From Candidatus Poribacteria bacterium (GTDB lineage: Bacteria; Poribacteria; WGA-4E; PCPOR2b), in assembly GCA_965208325.1 (NCBI GenBank), contig OZ242326.1:384001-448000 (forward strand): 64,000 nt of DNA, given 5' to 3'. Under the pieces are notes generated by a model. It did not search any database, was not told the DNA's origin, and saw nothing but the letters and a program-made list of their open reading frames with translations. This document shows positions 20,696 to 30,627 of this stretch, piece after piece; position 1 is the first letter of the stretch, and each line of letters opens with the position of its first letter. Made by a program: the position numbers and the translations under genes.

Positions 20696-21949
20696 TCACG
20701 GATCCAGAGCATCGTCCAGCGTAAATCTAATTCGATTGAATCGGCGTGCCAGCGCGATTACCTTACGCCTTAAATCATCGAGATTGTCTCCACGCAGCGC
20801 ATTGATGATGCATTCAGCAATCTCCGGTGCATCTGACGGTGTCATACCGTACCGTGTAACTTCTTGTACCCCAATGCGTAGGCCGTGCGATCCGAGTTTC
20901 GCAGGAACTTCGGCCGATCCGACGATAATATTACACGCCTCAAGCCGCTTAGCTAATGCGCCGCCTTCACCAAATTCATCGACTATGGGTAGGAGCGTAT
21001 GCGATTCTGTGTACCCAAGCTCTGACCCTACAAGGCGTAGTCCGCGTTCGTGCAGCGCCTGCCCCAACGCTTTGGCATTATTGATGATTGCGGATGCTTG
21101 AGCCTTTCCGAACGTGAGCCATTCCAAGAATGTCGCCGCGAGTGCGGGCAAGCGGCCGAGGTGGTGATTCGCAATCAGCAACGGTGTGAGCGCTGATCCC
21201 ATTCGCTCTGCGATAGCCCTATCGTTGGTCAAAATCATGCCGCCTTGCGGTCCGGCGAGGGTTTTATGTGTGCTGGTAACAATCACGTCTGCACCTTCAT
21301 CTAGCGGTGATTGAAACCGTCCACCTGCAATTAACCCCATGACATGTGCGGCGTCATATATCAGATAAGAGTCGGGATTGAATTGGCGCATTGCCGTTTT
21401 GAATTCTCGCACCGGTTGAGGAAAGAGAAAGAGCGCGGACCCAATGATGACGAGTTTGGGACGATGGTGTTGGATGAGAGCAATTGTCCGATCGAGGTCA
21501 ATGTTGTATTTTTCACCATCCCAAGGAATGTCGACGGAATGGAGGTCGACTTTCAAGAAAGAGGAAGCTAACTTGTGCGCGTAACGATGCGCATTATGTA
21601 CTTCTAACACAGTATCGCCCGGGCTGCCGAGCGCAAATGCAGCCGCTATCCCCGCGATGTTGCCTGACAATGGCCGCAGATCGACATACGCCGCACGAAA
21701 AAGTTGCTTCGCCAATTCCTGGGCGGACTCTTCAATCTGTACGATATATCGATTTCCGCGATAGGCGCGTTGGTGTAAGTCTATGCCGGTATAGTAGCCG
21801 TAACGGCGATTGAGTTCATCGGAAAGCAAACGCTCCACCAATGGACTGGGGGAATTTTCAGACGCGATAAGATTGAGACAATCGGCTCGAAAATTTCCGT
21901 GTTTCTGCAAAAGGGATTCAATATCCCGTACATTGGCGGCAGGTTCCAT
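20696..21949 (-). CDS. serine hydroxymethyltransferase-like PLP enzyme (divergent)
   Basis: LNLIASEN, YDAAH, TSTHKTLAGPQGG and GLRIG. Lacks the canonical KYAEG and GGHL motifs. Confidence 0.8.
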   Translation of the reverse strand: MEPAANVRDIESLLQKHGNFRADCLNLIASENSPSPLVERLLSDELNRRYGYYTGIDLHQRAYRGNRYIVQIEESAQELAKQLFRAAYVDLRPLSGNIAGIAAAFALGSPGDTVLEVHNAHRYAHKLASSFLKVDLHSVDIPWDGEKYNIDLDRTIALIQHHRPKLVIIGSALFLFPQPVREFKTAMRQFNPDSYLIYDAAHVMGLIAGGRFQSPLDEGADVIVTSTHKTLAGPQGGMILTNDRAIAERMGSALTPLLIANHHLGRLPALAATFLEWLTFGKAQASAIINNAKALGQALHERGLRLVGSELGYTESHTLLPIVDEFGEGGALAKRLEACNIIVGSAEVPAKLGSHGLRIGVQEVTRYGMTPSDAPEIAECIINALRGDNLDDLRRKVIALARRFNRIRFTLDDALDP

Positions 21950-22001
21950 AGAACTTTCTCAATCCGTAGGGCGTATTGTATTCTGGAAAAATTAGACCAT
22001 C

Positions 22002-22802
22002 CTACTCGTTCTTGGCCTCGGCGGCCTTGGGCGGCATTACTATAATTTCGATGCGGCGGTTTCTCGCTCTACCCGTGGAGGTGTCGTTAGTATCAATTGG
22101 GTGGTAATGGGCGTAACCGACAGCCGCCAAACGGGTTGCCTCTACGCCCGCGTGTTGCTGTAAATAGCGCACCGCAGAAATTGCCCGCGCCGTGGATAAA
22201 TCCCAATTTCCGAGGAGAGCGCCTCTGAATGGGCGATTGTCGGTATGCCCTTCTACACGAATCTCTCGATCGGGATAACGGTTCAAGAACGTCCCCGCAA
22301 TCTTATCCAAAACCTGCTTGCCTTCGGTTTTAATCCGTGCGTCTCCCGAGTCAAACAGAATCTTATCCATGAGGTTGACTGTCAGCTTACCCTGTAGTTC
22401 AGTAATCATGATTTCTTTGTTTTCGATCTCTTGATGCAGGCTATTAACTAAGTCTTGATACTCTTCTTCCCTATCCTTTTTTTCTTTGAGGAGTTTCTGC
22501 TTTTCGGCTTCCACCTCGGCTTTTGCTTTGCTCAATTTCGTGACGTCTTGCTGTACTTCCGCGATAGTGCCTTCAATAATTTTAATACGGTATTTTTTTG
22601 CTTCTAAGTCTTTCTGGGTTTTCTTCAATTCGCGTTGTAAATCCTTGGACTCCTTTCGGGAGGTTGCCAAATTTGCCTGCTCTGCAGCCAATTCGACTGC
22701 TGTATGCTTGAACTTGACGCGGTAATAGCCGATCAAAGCGGCCAGAACAACCAAGATAAGCCCGGCAGCACTACCGGCTAGATATAACCGTTTCTTGCTC
22801 AC
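22002..22802 (-). CDS. OmpA/MotB-family peptidoglycan-binding protein with coiled coil
   Basis: N-terminal TM segment, ILFDSG, VEGHTDN, NWDLSTARA and GRARNRRIEI. Confidence 0.9.
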   Translation of the reverse strand: MSKKRLYLAGSAAGLILVVLAALIGYYRVKFKHTAVELAAEQANLATSRKESKDLQRELKKTQKDLEAKKYRIKIIEGTIAEVQQDVTKLSKAKAEVEAEKQKLLKEKKDREEEYQDLVNSLHQEIENKEIMITELQGKLTVNLMDKILFDSGDARIKTEGKQVLDKIAGTFLNRYPDREIRVEGHTDNRPFRGALLGNWDLSTARAISAVRYLQQHAGVEATRLAAVGYAHYHPIDTNDTSTGRARNRRIEIIVMPPKAAEAKNE

Positions 22803-23097
22803 CTTTCCCTAATCCTCCAGATTTATTATTCAAAAACAGTTGTGATTCATATCAAGTTTTAGAATCAATTTATAATATATGGGACCGCAGATTCAGTGCC
22901 CGAATTGTATTGCTGTGGGAAACTAGTTTAGCACGGAGACCTAGTAGTGTCAAGAATGAACACATTCGGCGGTGCTGCAATAGTAGTTGATCTCAATTGA
23001 GATTTCTGTTACACTTTTGGTTGCCAGAGACACCGGAAGGGTTTCATGATTACATTTTTTTTAGGCGCATTTCATTTGCGTTGGCTGATATTTTCCT

Positions 23098-24252
23098 ATG
23101 CGTATTCTCATGTTCAACTACGAATTCCCGCCAATCGGGGGAGGCGGTGGATGGGTGTCCTATTTCCTCGGAAAACAGTTTGTTGAAGCTGGACATGAGG
23201 TACGGCTCATCACGTCGCGGTTTCGAGATTTACCGAAAGAGGAAATGGTTGAGGGATTTCGCGTGTACCGCGTTCCCACGCTACGCAAAAACCGCTCGAC
23301 ATGCGCCGTCCACGAAATGCTGACCTACGCGATTAGTTCAAGTGTATACGGATTCAAGTGTGTAAAAAGCTTCCATCCAGAAATAATCCAAGTGTTTTTT
23401 GGGATTCCGTCCGGAGGCGGTGCATACCTGCTGCAGAAGGTATTCGGTATTCCATATATTGTATTTCTCGGAGGGCGCGATATTCCGCGCCAGAATCCGG
23501 ATCCGCCTTATTATCGTCTACTGTACGGTTTACTTGCCCCTGTGATTAAAGCAATTTGGGGCAATGCCGCTGCTGTGGTTGCGTGCAGCGGCGGCTTGCG
23601 CGAGTTAGCTTTGCGCACGGAGCCGAATATTGACATCAATACGATTCCGGATGGACTAGATGTTAACCGTTTCTCGCCGATTCCCCGTGGCGCGCACAGT
23701 GAGCGCGTACGGATTTTGACTGTCGGACGGCTCATCCCCCGAAAAGATGTTCAGCTCCTCATCCGCGCCCTTCCGCAACTCATTCAGAACGCAACTCGTG
23801 ATTTCGAAGTCGAAATTGTTGGTGACGGACCTTGTCGTTCGAATCTGGTGAAATTGGCGGAAGAACTGCGTGTCAGTCACAAAGTCCGTTTCGCCGGCTC
23901 GGTTCCGTATTCGGAACTCCCGGAAAAATATCAAAGCGCCGATATTTTTGCTCTATGTTCCCTCGCCGAAGGGATGCCGCTCGTTGTACTGGAGGCAATG
24001 GGATCGGGTTTACCGGTAGTTGCAAGCCGGGTGCAGGGGGTTGAAGATGTCGTCAAGGTTGGAATAAACGGTTGTCTCTTTAACGCCGGCGATGTTGATG
24101 CGTTAGCCAGGCAGCTGGCTTCACTAATTGATGATGACGAGAGCCGCAGAAAAATGGGCATCGCGAGCGTCATACAAGCGCAGCGGTATGACTGGAAAAA
24201 CATCGCCCAGTCCTATTTGAATATATATAAACGCGTAACGTGTGCGAGTTAG
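23098..24252 (+). CDS. glycosyltransferase family 4
   Basis: NYEFPPIGGGG, VGRLIPRK and EGMPLVVLEAM. Confidence 0.92.
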   Translation: MRILMFNYEFPPIGGGGGWVSYFLGKQFVEAGHEVRLITSRFRDLPKEEMVEGFRVYRVPTLRKNRSTCAVHEMLTYAISSSVYGFKCVKSFHPEIIQVFFGIPSGGGAYLLQKVFGIPYIVFLGGRDIPRQNPDPPYYRLLYGLLAPVIKAIWGNAAAVVACSGGLRELALRTEPNIDINTIPDGLDVNRFSPIPRGAHSERVRILTVGRLIPRKDVQLLIRALPQLIQNATRDFEVEIVGDGPCRSNLVKLAEELRVSHKVRFAGSVPYSELPEKYQSADIFALCSLAEGMPLVVLEAMGSGLPVVASRVQGVEDVVKVGINGCLFNAGDVDALARQLASLIDDDESRRKMGIASVIQAQRYDWKNIAQSYLNIYKRVTCAS

Positions 24253-24307
24253 GTCATCTAGGTAGGCATAACGGCTAATTCCGAACGCGGTATTACCGGG
24301 GAATTTC

Positions 24308-25669
24308 TTGATGAGAGTTGCAATCATCGGTACGGGTTACGTTGGCCTTACAACGTGCGTAGCCATGGCATACCTAAACCACGAGGTTGTGGGGGTAGAT
24401 GTCGATCCAAAGAAACTGGAGGCATTACGCCGCGGAAAAAGCCCAATCCACGAGCCGGGAATCCAGAAACTTCTAGACCAAGTCGGCGAAAATGTCTGCT
24501 TCACAGATAAGTTGGCAGATGCTATAGCGAATGCTGACATCATAATGATTGCAGTCGGCACGCCGCCGAAGCGGGATGGAGATGCGGACGCGAGCTACGT
24601 TGAAGAGGCGGCGCGGCAAGTAGCGCAAGGGTTGCAGCCTAAACGGACGTATACCTTGGTTGTCAAATCTACTGTTCCCATCGGGACGAACCGGCGGGTG
24701 GCTAATGTGATCACTCGCGCACTTTCTGAACGTCAGGTAAAAACCAAAATTCATCTTGCTTCGAATCCGGAGTTTTTGCAAGAGGGTTTAGCCTTGCGGG
24801 GTACCTTCTACCCGGATCGAATTGTTGTCGGCGTTGAAGAATCGGAAGGTGTAGAGGCGCTGCGTCGACTTTATCGTCCTATACTTGAACAGACGTTTGA
24901 ACCGCCGAGTTTTTTGCCGCGCCGCGAAGGATACAGCTTACCACCCTTAATTACGACAGACCCGACGAGTGCCGAGATGATTAAGTATGCCGCCAACACG
25001 TTTCTTACGCTCAAGATTAGTTTCATTAACGAAATTGCGGGACTTTGTGAAAAGGTAGGTGCGGATGTGACGGAGGTATCTCGCGGAATCGGATTGGATA
25101 CCCGCATTGGGCAACGTTTCCTCGAAGCCGGACTGGGCTGGGGAGGCAGTTGTTTCCCAAAAGATACTGCGGCGCTCTTGAGTGTTGCAGGCGAATACGG
25201 GTACACGATGCAAATTGTCCAAGCCGCGCGTGAGGTCAACTGGAGACAACGTCAGTTGATTGTTGAGAAACTCCAATCTGCCCTTAAAATTCTGCGCGGC
25301 CGCACAATTGGAATACTGGGGTTGACATTCAAACCCAATACGGACGATGTTCGAGAGGCTCCGGCAATGGACATCATCCGGGCGCTAATTGGACGCGGGG
25401 CGCATGTCCAAGCTCACGACCCAATTGCTATCCCTCACGCCCGGAAACTTTTGAAAGGGCTGGATGTGGCGTTCGAGGAAGACGTTTACCGCCTCGCGGA
25501 CGGAGCGGATGCGCTCGTATTGGTTACCGGTTGGGAAACATACCACTCGCTCGATTTGGCGGAACTCGGCAAGCGGATGAATAACCGCGTTTTAGTCGAT
25601 GGACGAAATTTTTTCGTGCCAGACGACGCACATGCGGCTGGATTTGTATACATGGGTGTTGGCAGGTGA
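24308..25669 (+). CDS. ugd: UDP-glucose/GDP-mannose 6-dehydrogenase
   Basis: GTGYVG, AVGTP, KSTVP, SNPEFL, GGSCFPKD and FKPNTDD. Confidence 0.92.
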   Translation: MMRVAIIGTGYVGLTTCVAMAYLNHEVVGVDVDPKKLEALRRGKSPIHEPGIQKLLDQVGENVCFTDKLADAIANADIIMIAVGTPPKRDGDADASYVEEAARQVAQGLQPKRTYTLVVKSTVPIGTNRRVANVITRALSERQVKTKIHLASNPEFLQEGLALRGTFYPDRIVVGVEESEGVEALRRLYRPILEQTFEPPSFLPRREGYSLPPLITTDPTSAEMIKYAANTFLTLKISFINEIAGLCEKVGADVTEVSRGIGLDTRIGQRFLEAGLGWGGSCFPKDTAALLSVAGEYGYTMQIVQAAREVNWRQRQLIVEKLQSALKILRGRTIGILGLTFKPNTDDVREAPAMDIIRALIGRGAHVQAHDPIAIPHARKLLKGLDVAFEEDVYRLADGADALVLVTGWETYHSLDLAELGKRMNNRVLVDGRNFFVPDDAHAAGFVYMGVGR

Positions 25670-25789
25670 TTACAATCTCGCTTATTTACGCTCGGCGTTT
25701 GGACAATAGTAGCGATGACAGGCATTACGAGACTCAAGATTGACAGAGCCGCATGGATTTTAGCATCTTTACAGGGTATTATGTGAAAT

Positions 25790-27178
25790 ATGAAAATACA
25801 TCAATACAATCTCATTGTTATCGGCAGCGGAAGCGCCGGATTTTCCGCGGCGACTACCGCTAAGGAGAATGGGCTAGAGAAGATACTGCTGATCGAAAAA
25901 CGCCGCGTCGGGTACAGCCTCTGTACGAATGAAGGTTGTATGCCTTCCAAAACGCTGCTCGCGTCCGCCGAAGTGAAGCGAATCATCGAGGAAAGCACCG
26001 ATTTCGGGATTGCGTCGACGCAGCCAAACGTAAATTGGGACGCGGTGCAGAAGCGCGTCCGAACTTTGGTGGAAGATGATTTCTTCGCTGCAAGGCGAGA
26101 CGCGATTCGCAACGCCCCGGTGGATTTAGTCGAAGGGAATGCGCGGTTTACAAGCCCGCACACTATCCAAGTCGGTGACAATACGTATACGGCAGACCGA
26201 ATCGTTATCGCCACCGGTTCTGTCGTTAGTGTGCCTCCCTTTCCCGGATTAAGAGAAACCGGGTATTTGGATAGCGACGGCGCGCTCTATTTGGAGAAAT
26301 TGCCGAGGTCGTTAATTGTGCTGGGGGGCGGATATATTGCGATTGAGCTTGGGTATCTATTTCACAAAATGGGCGTTGATGTCACGATTGTACAGCGCAG
26401 CGAACGGATTTTGTCGAGTTTGGATGCGGATATCAGTTCTGAATTGGAGCGAATTCTTCGGCGCGGCGGTATGAATATTCTCACCGGCGTAGATGTAGAA
26501 TCGGTAGACCGATCGAGCGGTAACAAGCGTGTTCACGCGGCTATCAGGGAAGGGGGACAAACCACATTAGAAGCAGAGGAAATTATGATAGCCACTGGAC
26601 GCGACCCCGCAATAGGGGGTTTAAACTTGGAGCAATTCGGCGTTCAGTTAGATGAGTATGGCGCAATTCAGGTCAACGATTTCTTACAGACATCTGTACC
26701 GCATATCTATGCAGTCGGCGATGTGAACGGCAAGATGCCGCTTGTCTACGTAGCCTCAATGGAAGGCAGGGTCGCGGGGCTGCACGCTGCAGGGGTAAAC
26801 GGCGAAAAAATCGATTACCGATTGGTTTCAAACATCATCTTTTCCCACCCGGAAATTGGTACAGTCGGTCTTACCGCTCAAGAGGCAGAGGCAAACGGGC
26901 TGAACGTAGTATCTGCAAAGACGCCGATGGAAGATATTGGTAAAGCTGTGGCGATTGGGCAGACGGACGGATTCATTAAGCTAGTTGCTGAATGGCCATC
27001 GGGCAAAATCGTCGGGTTACACGTCATCGGGCCGCATGCAACTGACATAATGCAGGTGGCGCTGCCGCATATTTACCATAACGACACGGTGTTTGACGTG
27101 CTAAATATCCCTTATCCCCACCCAACGCTCGGCGAAGCGCTCAGTTATGCCGCCGAAGAGGTCGCAGCGTGCCTTTAA
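25790..27178 (+). CDS. class I pyridine nucleotide-disulfide oxidoreductase (dihydrolipoamide dehydrogenase/MerA-like)
   Basis: GSGSAG, CTNEGCMPSK, GGGYIAIE, YAVGD and HPTLGE. No C-terminal Cys-Cys. Confidence 0.88.
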   Translation: MKIHQYNLIVIGSGSAGFSAATTAKENGLEKILLIEKRRVGYSLCTNEGCMPSKTLLASAEVKRIIEESTDFGIASTQPNVNWDAVQKRVRTLVEDDFFAARRDAIRNAPVDLVEGNARFTSPHTIQVGDNTYTADRIVIATGSVVSVPPFPGLRETGYLDSDGALYLEKLPRSLIVLGGGYIAIELGYLFHKMGVDVTIVQRSERILSSLDADISSELERILRRGGMNILTGVDVESVDRSSGNKRVHAAIREGGQTTLEAEEIMIATGRDPAIGGLNLEQFGVQLDEYGAIQVNDFLQTSVPHIYAVGDVNGKMPLVYVASMEGRVAGLHAAGVNGEKIDYRLVSNIIFSHPEIGTVGLTAQEAEANGLNVVSAKTPMEDIGKAVAIGQTDGFIKLVAEWPSGKIVGLHVIGPHATDIMQVALPHIYHNDTVFDVLNIPYPHPTLGEALSYAAEEVAACL

Positions 27179-27753
27179 ACCAAGCCGCCGATCGTCACCG
27201 GTTTCCGTGCTTTTCCTGAATCTGCCTATCCAATTGCAGCGACGCCTGAACAGCAGCGGCGTCCCCGGATTCAACCAATCGGCGGAGGCGAGTTGCACCG
27301 CAGGTTTCCAGCGATTCTTGCCAGACTGGCTGGTTTTGGCATTCCGCATGCGCTAGTGTAATTTCCGCCGGACGCATACGATCGATACGTTCACGATAGA
27401 TGTTCAATTTTTGCCATCGAAGTACGTCCGAAGACAGCGTGTGAAAATTTTCCGAATCCAACAATACGGACGTCAGTTTAACATCCTGTTCTTGTTGATG
27501 GGGAGGTAGGTGTGCCGTTTGGCTAGCTTTTATTGAGCGGGAGGATTTCGATTCCAACATGGGTAGAATTCCTTTCACATCATCGTCATAACAGCCTCCG
27601 TTGCGCGTTTCAATTAGCGTACATACGTAAAGGCGGCTGAATGGAATCACAGGACTGATAACGATCAATTGAGGGCCCTAACCATAGGAACGAAAAATAA
27701 GGGCGGCGGTTTCCAAAATTTTCAATATTTTCCCGCCGTGCATTAGCAGTAAC

Positions 27754-29661
27754 TTACCACCACGCGGTGAATGTGTAAATCGGTTTTTTTACGACTATAC
27801 TCAATAACGCCCAAAATCCGCCGACGACAAATTCTCCGAGAATGATTCCAAAGAAAAAGGGAACTGCTTTGCGGTACGCCTTTACACCGCCATATTTCAA
27901 GATTAGCCATTTTATGAGCCATGCCACAATAAATTGCGTCCAAAACGTCCGCATAGACCACGTACTGGACACTGCATAACCGGCCGGGTGCAAGGACCAC
28001 CATAAAAACCTGACTCGCATAAACATAAGGAAAATACCAAACAATATTCCGTAGAGGAAGAAGCCTAGACCTGCCATGTCCGTGGACGCGGGAAGTGTCA
28101 GCCACTGCTGCAACCGCGCAAACGGTTCCCTTCCGAAAAACTGCAAGACGACATTACTATGTCTGTATCCCGAATGCAAAATTGCCCAGAAAGCGGCAAA
28201 AGTACCTACTACAGTGGCAATAAGGATAACGCCAAATACCCAACGGTTGTCCATTCGGGCTCTATCAGCCAGCTTAAATCCCTCCAGTTGATGCGGCATC
28301 ACGTCGCTGTAATGCATTCGAGATAGAAACCAAAACAGCGACATGATGGTTAGATTTCTGGGGCCAATCTTTCGCGTGCCTACCGCTCCGATCATGAGTA
28401 TTTCGGGACCGGCAAAGTGCAGGTCATGAAATGGAGAGCCGACTTCCGCGCGAATTCGCGTAATCCCAATTTCCGTCATCAGGTATAGTGCGAAAAAAGC
28501 CCCGGCCGCCCATAGTGACATTCCAGCCTTCCAGCAAAAAAGCAGAATCAAACCAATTCCGCAGATGAGTCCCCAAACGGCAATCCTGTAGTCTAGCAAC
28601 TCGGCAGAATCGTCATGTTTGCCGCCGCGCATGGCGGGCTTCAGTGCAGCCTTGAATACCTGGCTCAAATGACGCCTGCCTATCCATATAGCGATGAAAA
28701 ACAGGGAGATGTGCGCGCCCGCGGCCTGTTCTGAAAGTAATGGCCGGGCGCGCCATCCCAAGGCGCTCTCGAATATTTGCTGTGCTTTCCAAAGAACAAA
28801 GAAGAACCAGCAAGAAAAGGAGATGTCCAACGGAATTAAAAACACCAATCCAATCAGGAAAGGGCGGAATGTAAGCGGTGTGTACCCCACGGCGTTCCAC
28901 GGCCTCCCGGAAAAAAGTTCGCCGAGGTTATAGGGTGCGACGCGTAGGGAGGGGACGGAAGGGAAAAAGAAGTTCAGCCCATTGACGAAGGTCATTACAC
29001 CTACAATAGAAAAACCTAACCACATCAGCTTGTTTTTGAACAACCGGGATGTGCGGTTCGTAATTTCGAATGGGAGTTGGACGATAGGATATGACAGCCT
29101 CTCTCTATCAATCCACTGCTTACGTACGATCACGTTGAAGCAAATCATCACGAACATGAGTACACAGATGAATGCTGCCCAGACCATAACCGGCGTCAGC
29201 CATGCCTCAATGTGCTGTGCGGTATAGAGAGTTGACTCTCCCGTCAATCTCTTGGCAATGTATCCGTCGACTGCCCTCTCATCATTCACAGCCAGCCAGT
29301 GCGGAATATACCGCCAAAAGAGTTCTTTCCATTCGTTTTCGGGCGTTGCAAGTCCAAAAGCGCCAGCCATCGTTGGCGGCAAAATCTGCATCATGCTGTG
29401 TCCCGCGAGTGCGGACGCTTGGCACAGCATGATGTAAATGGTGAGTAGCTCGCCTTGTTTGAAAGCCATGTCGGCAGACAGCCTTCTCAATGGAATGTTG
29501 ACCACTAACAAAACCAACACCATGAGTAAGACGTTAAAGAAGAGCGAAAACAGTGTGGAGTGCGCGACGTAATACACACACTCCATCTGTATCAGCAGAT
29601 AGGAGTTGATTGGAATCAGGATAAGCCCTATAAGTATCGCTCTCCAAGTCACGTTTCTCAT
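27754..29661 (-). CDS. DUF6785/DUF6784-like multi-pass membrane protein (intact paralog)
   Basis: ATPENEW, RKQW..ERLSYP, RIRAEVG.P.HD, HQLEGFK, HPAGYA and PFFFGIILG. Confidence 0.8.
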   Translation of the reverse strand: MRNVTWRAILIGLILIPINSYLLIQMECVYYVAHSTLFSLFFNVLLMVLVLLVVNIPLRRLSADMAFKQGELLTIYIMLCQASALAGHSMMQILPPTMAGAFGLATPENEWKELFWRYIPHWLAVNDERAVDGYIAKRLTGESTLYTAQHIEAWLTPVMVWAAFICVLMFVMICFNVIVRKQWIDRERLSYPIVQLPFEITNRTSRLFKNKLMWLGFSIVGVMTFVNGLNFFFPSVPSLRVAPYNLGELFSGRPWNAVGYTPLTFRPFLIGLVFLIPLDISFSCWFFFVLWKAQQIFESALGWRARPLLSEQAAGAHISLFFIAIWIGRRHLSQVFKAALKPAMRGGKHDDSAELLDYRIAVWGLICGIGLILLFCWKAGMSLWAAGAFFALYLMTEIGITRIRAEVGSPFHDLHFAGPEILMIGAVGTRKIGPRNLTIMSLFWFLSRMHYSDVMPHQLEGFKLADRARMDNRWVFGVILIATVVGTFAAFWAILHSGYRHSNVVLQFFGREPFARLQQWLTLPASTDMAGLGFFLYGILFGIFLMFMRVRFLWWSLHPAGYAVSSTWSMRTFWTQFIVAWLIKWLILKYGGVKAYRKAVPFFFGIILGEFVVGGFWALLSIVVKKPIYTFTAWW

Positions 29662-29900
29662 GGCATCACCTTTATTCGAAGCGGCAACATACGGCAGCGT
29701 TGCTGCGGAAGCGGTTGGAAAATAGCATTTGTATTGACATGCCGCTCCCTTGGCGCGAATCCCTACAGTCGTGCTATGGCCTTAGCTTATCGTGTTTTCA
29801 CTGCTTCGGAGCGGCATGTGAATCGTTGAAAGAAACCGCGTGAGTCAATAAAACTTGGTACGCTCTCATTGAAACATGGGAAATGGCAAACTGTAATCCC

Positions 29901-30539
29901 TTAATCAGCCAAAATCCTGACCGGTGTGCCAGCCGCAATACGTTCATATATTTTTTTGGCGTGATTGGGAATTAGAGCAATGCATCCGAGGGTTCCTTTG
30001 TAGTCTTTAATACCGACGTTCTCCAATATTGCCGAGGCATGAATTTCAATAGAACTTCCTGTCCTACCTTCCTTTTTATCTTCTTCGTTTGGATAGTCGA
30101 GCGCCATCACATAAACATCCTCGCCGCCATAAGCTGCGGTCCACAGCTTTTCATCTTGAGCGATTTTGAACTCCGGCTCAGAAAGCCCGGCATGTTCCAA
30201 TTTTCCGAAATAAAGTTCGGTATCTCGTATGGAGTATGTCTCGCCATCCACAACAAAGCTGCTTTGTCCGCCGGGGTTAATTTTAGGCGGTCCGTTGCGG
30301 CTAACCATCCATTTGACCGAGTAATCCCCAAGCGGTGTTTTCCTGTCCCCTTCTTTTTCCTTTCCAACGCCGTTTTGGCCGATGGCTATCGGAAAACACA
30401 AATGCACTCGATCGCTTTGGACCAGGCGAATTTCTTTAGATTTGCCCAAAACCAACAAACAGAACCCGTTTTCATCTCTGCCCAAACCTTGTAGATAGGT
30501 TACTGCACAATTTGATTTGAATTTCGACACTTCTAGCAC
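29901..30539 (-). CDS. L,D-transpeptidase (YkuD) family protein
   Basis: KEKEGDRKTPLGDY, LDYPN and IEIH...TLGCIAL. Confidence 0.85.
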   Translation of the reverse strand: MLEVSKFKSNCAVTYLQGLGRDENGFCLLVLGKSKEIRLVQSDRVHLCFPIAIGQNGVGKEKEGDRKTPLGDYSVKWMVSRNGPPKINPGGQSSFVVDGETYSIRDTELYFGKLEHAGLSEPEFKIAQDEKLWTAAYGGEDVYVMALDYPNEEDKKEGRTGSSIEIHASAILENVGIKDYKGTLGCIALIPNHAKKIYERIAAGTPVRILAD

Positions 30540-30627
30540 GATACCTTCCTAAATTTTGCAGATATTGAATAAGAGATGTGTTGAATCACCGGGATGCCGC
30601 GCGTGAGGAGTTAAATTTCAACGCAAA

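Noticed and set aside
22002..22802. Flagellar motB
   Set aside because: No motA neighbour and no conserved Asp-containing MotB TM motif, so it is kept as generic OmpA/MotB family.
25790..27178. Mercuric reductase merA
   Set aside because: It lacks the C-terminal Cys-Cys pair and any mer context, and has the HPT..E motif.
27195..27668. 157-aa minus-strand ORF
   Set aside because: No recognisable motif or clear RBS; a shorter real gene cannot be excluded.
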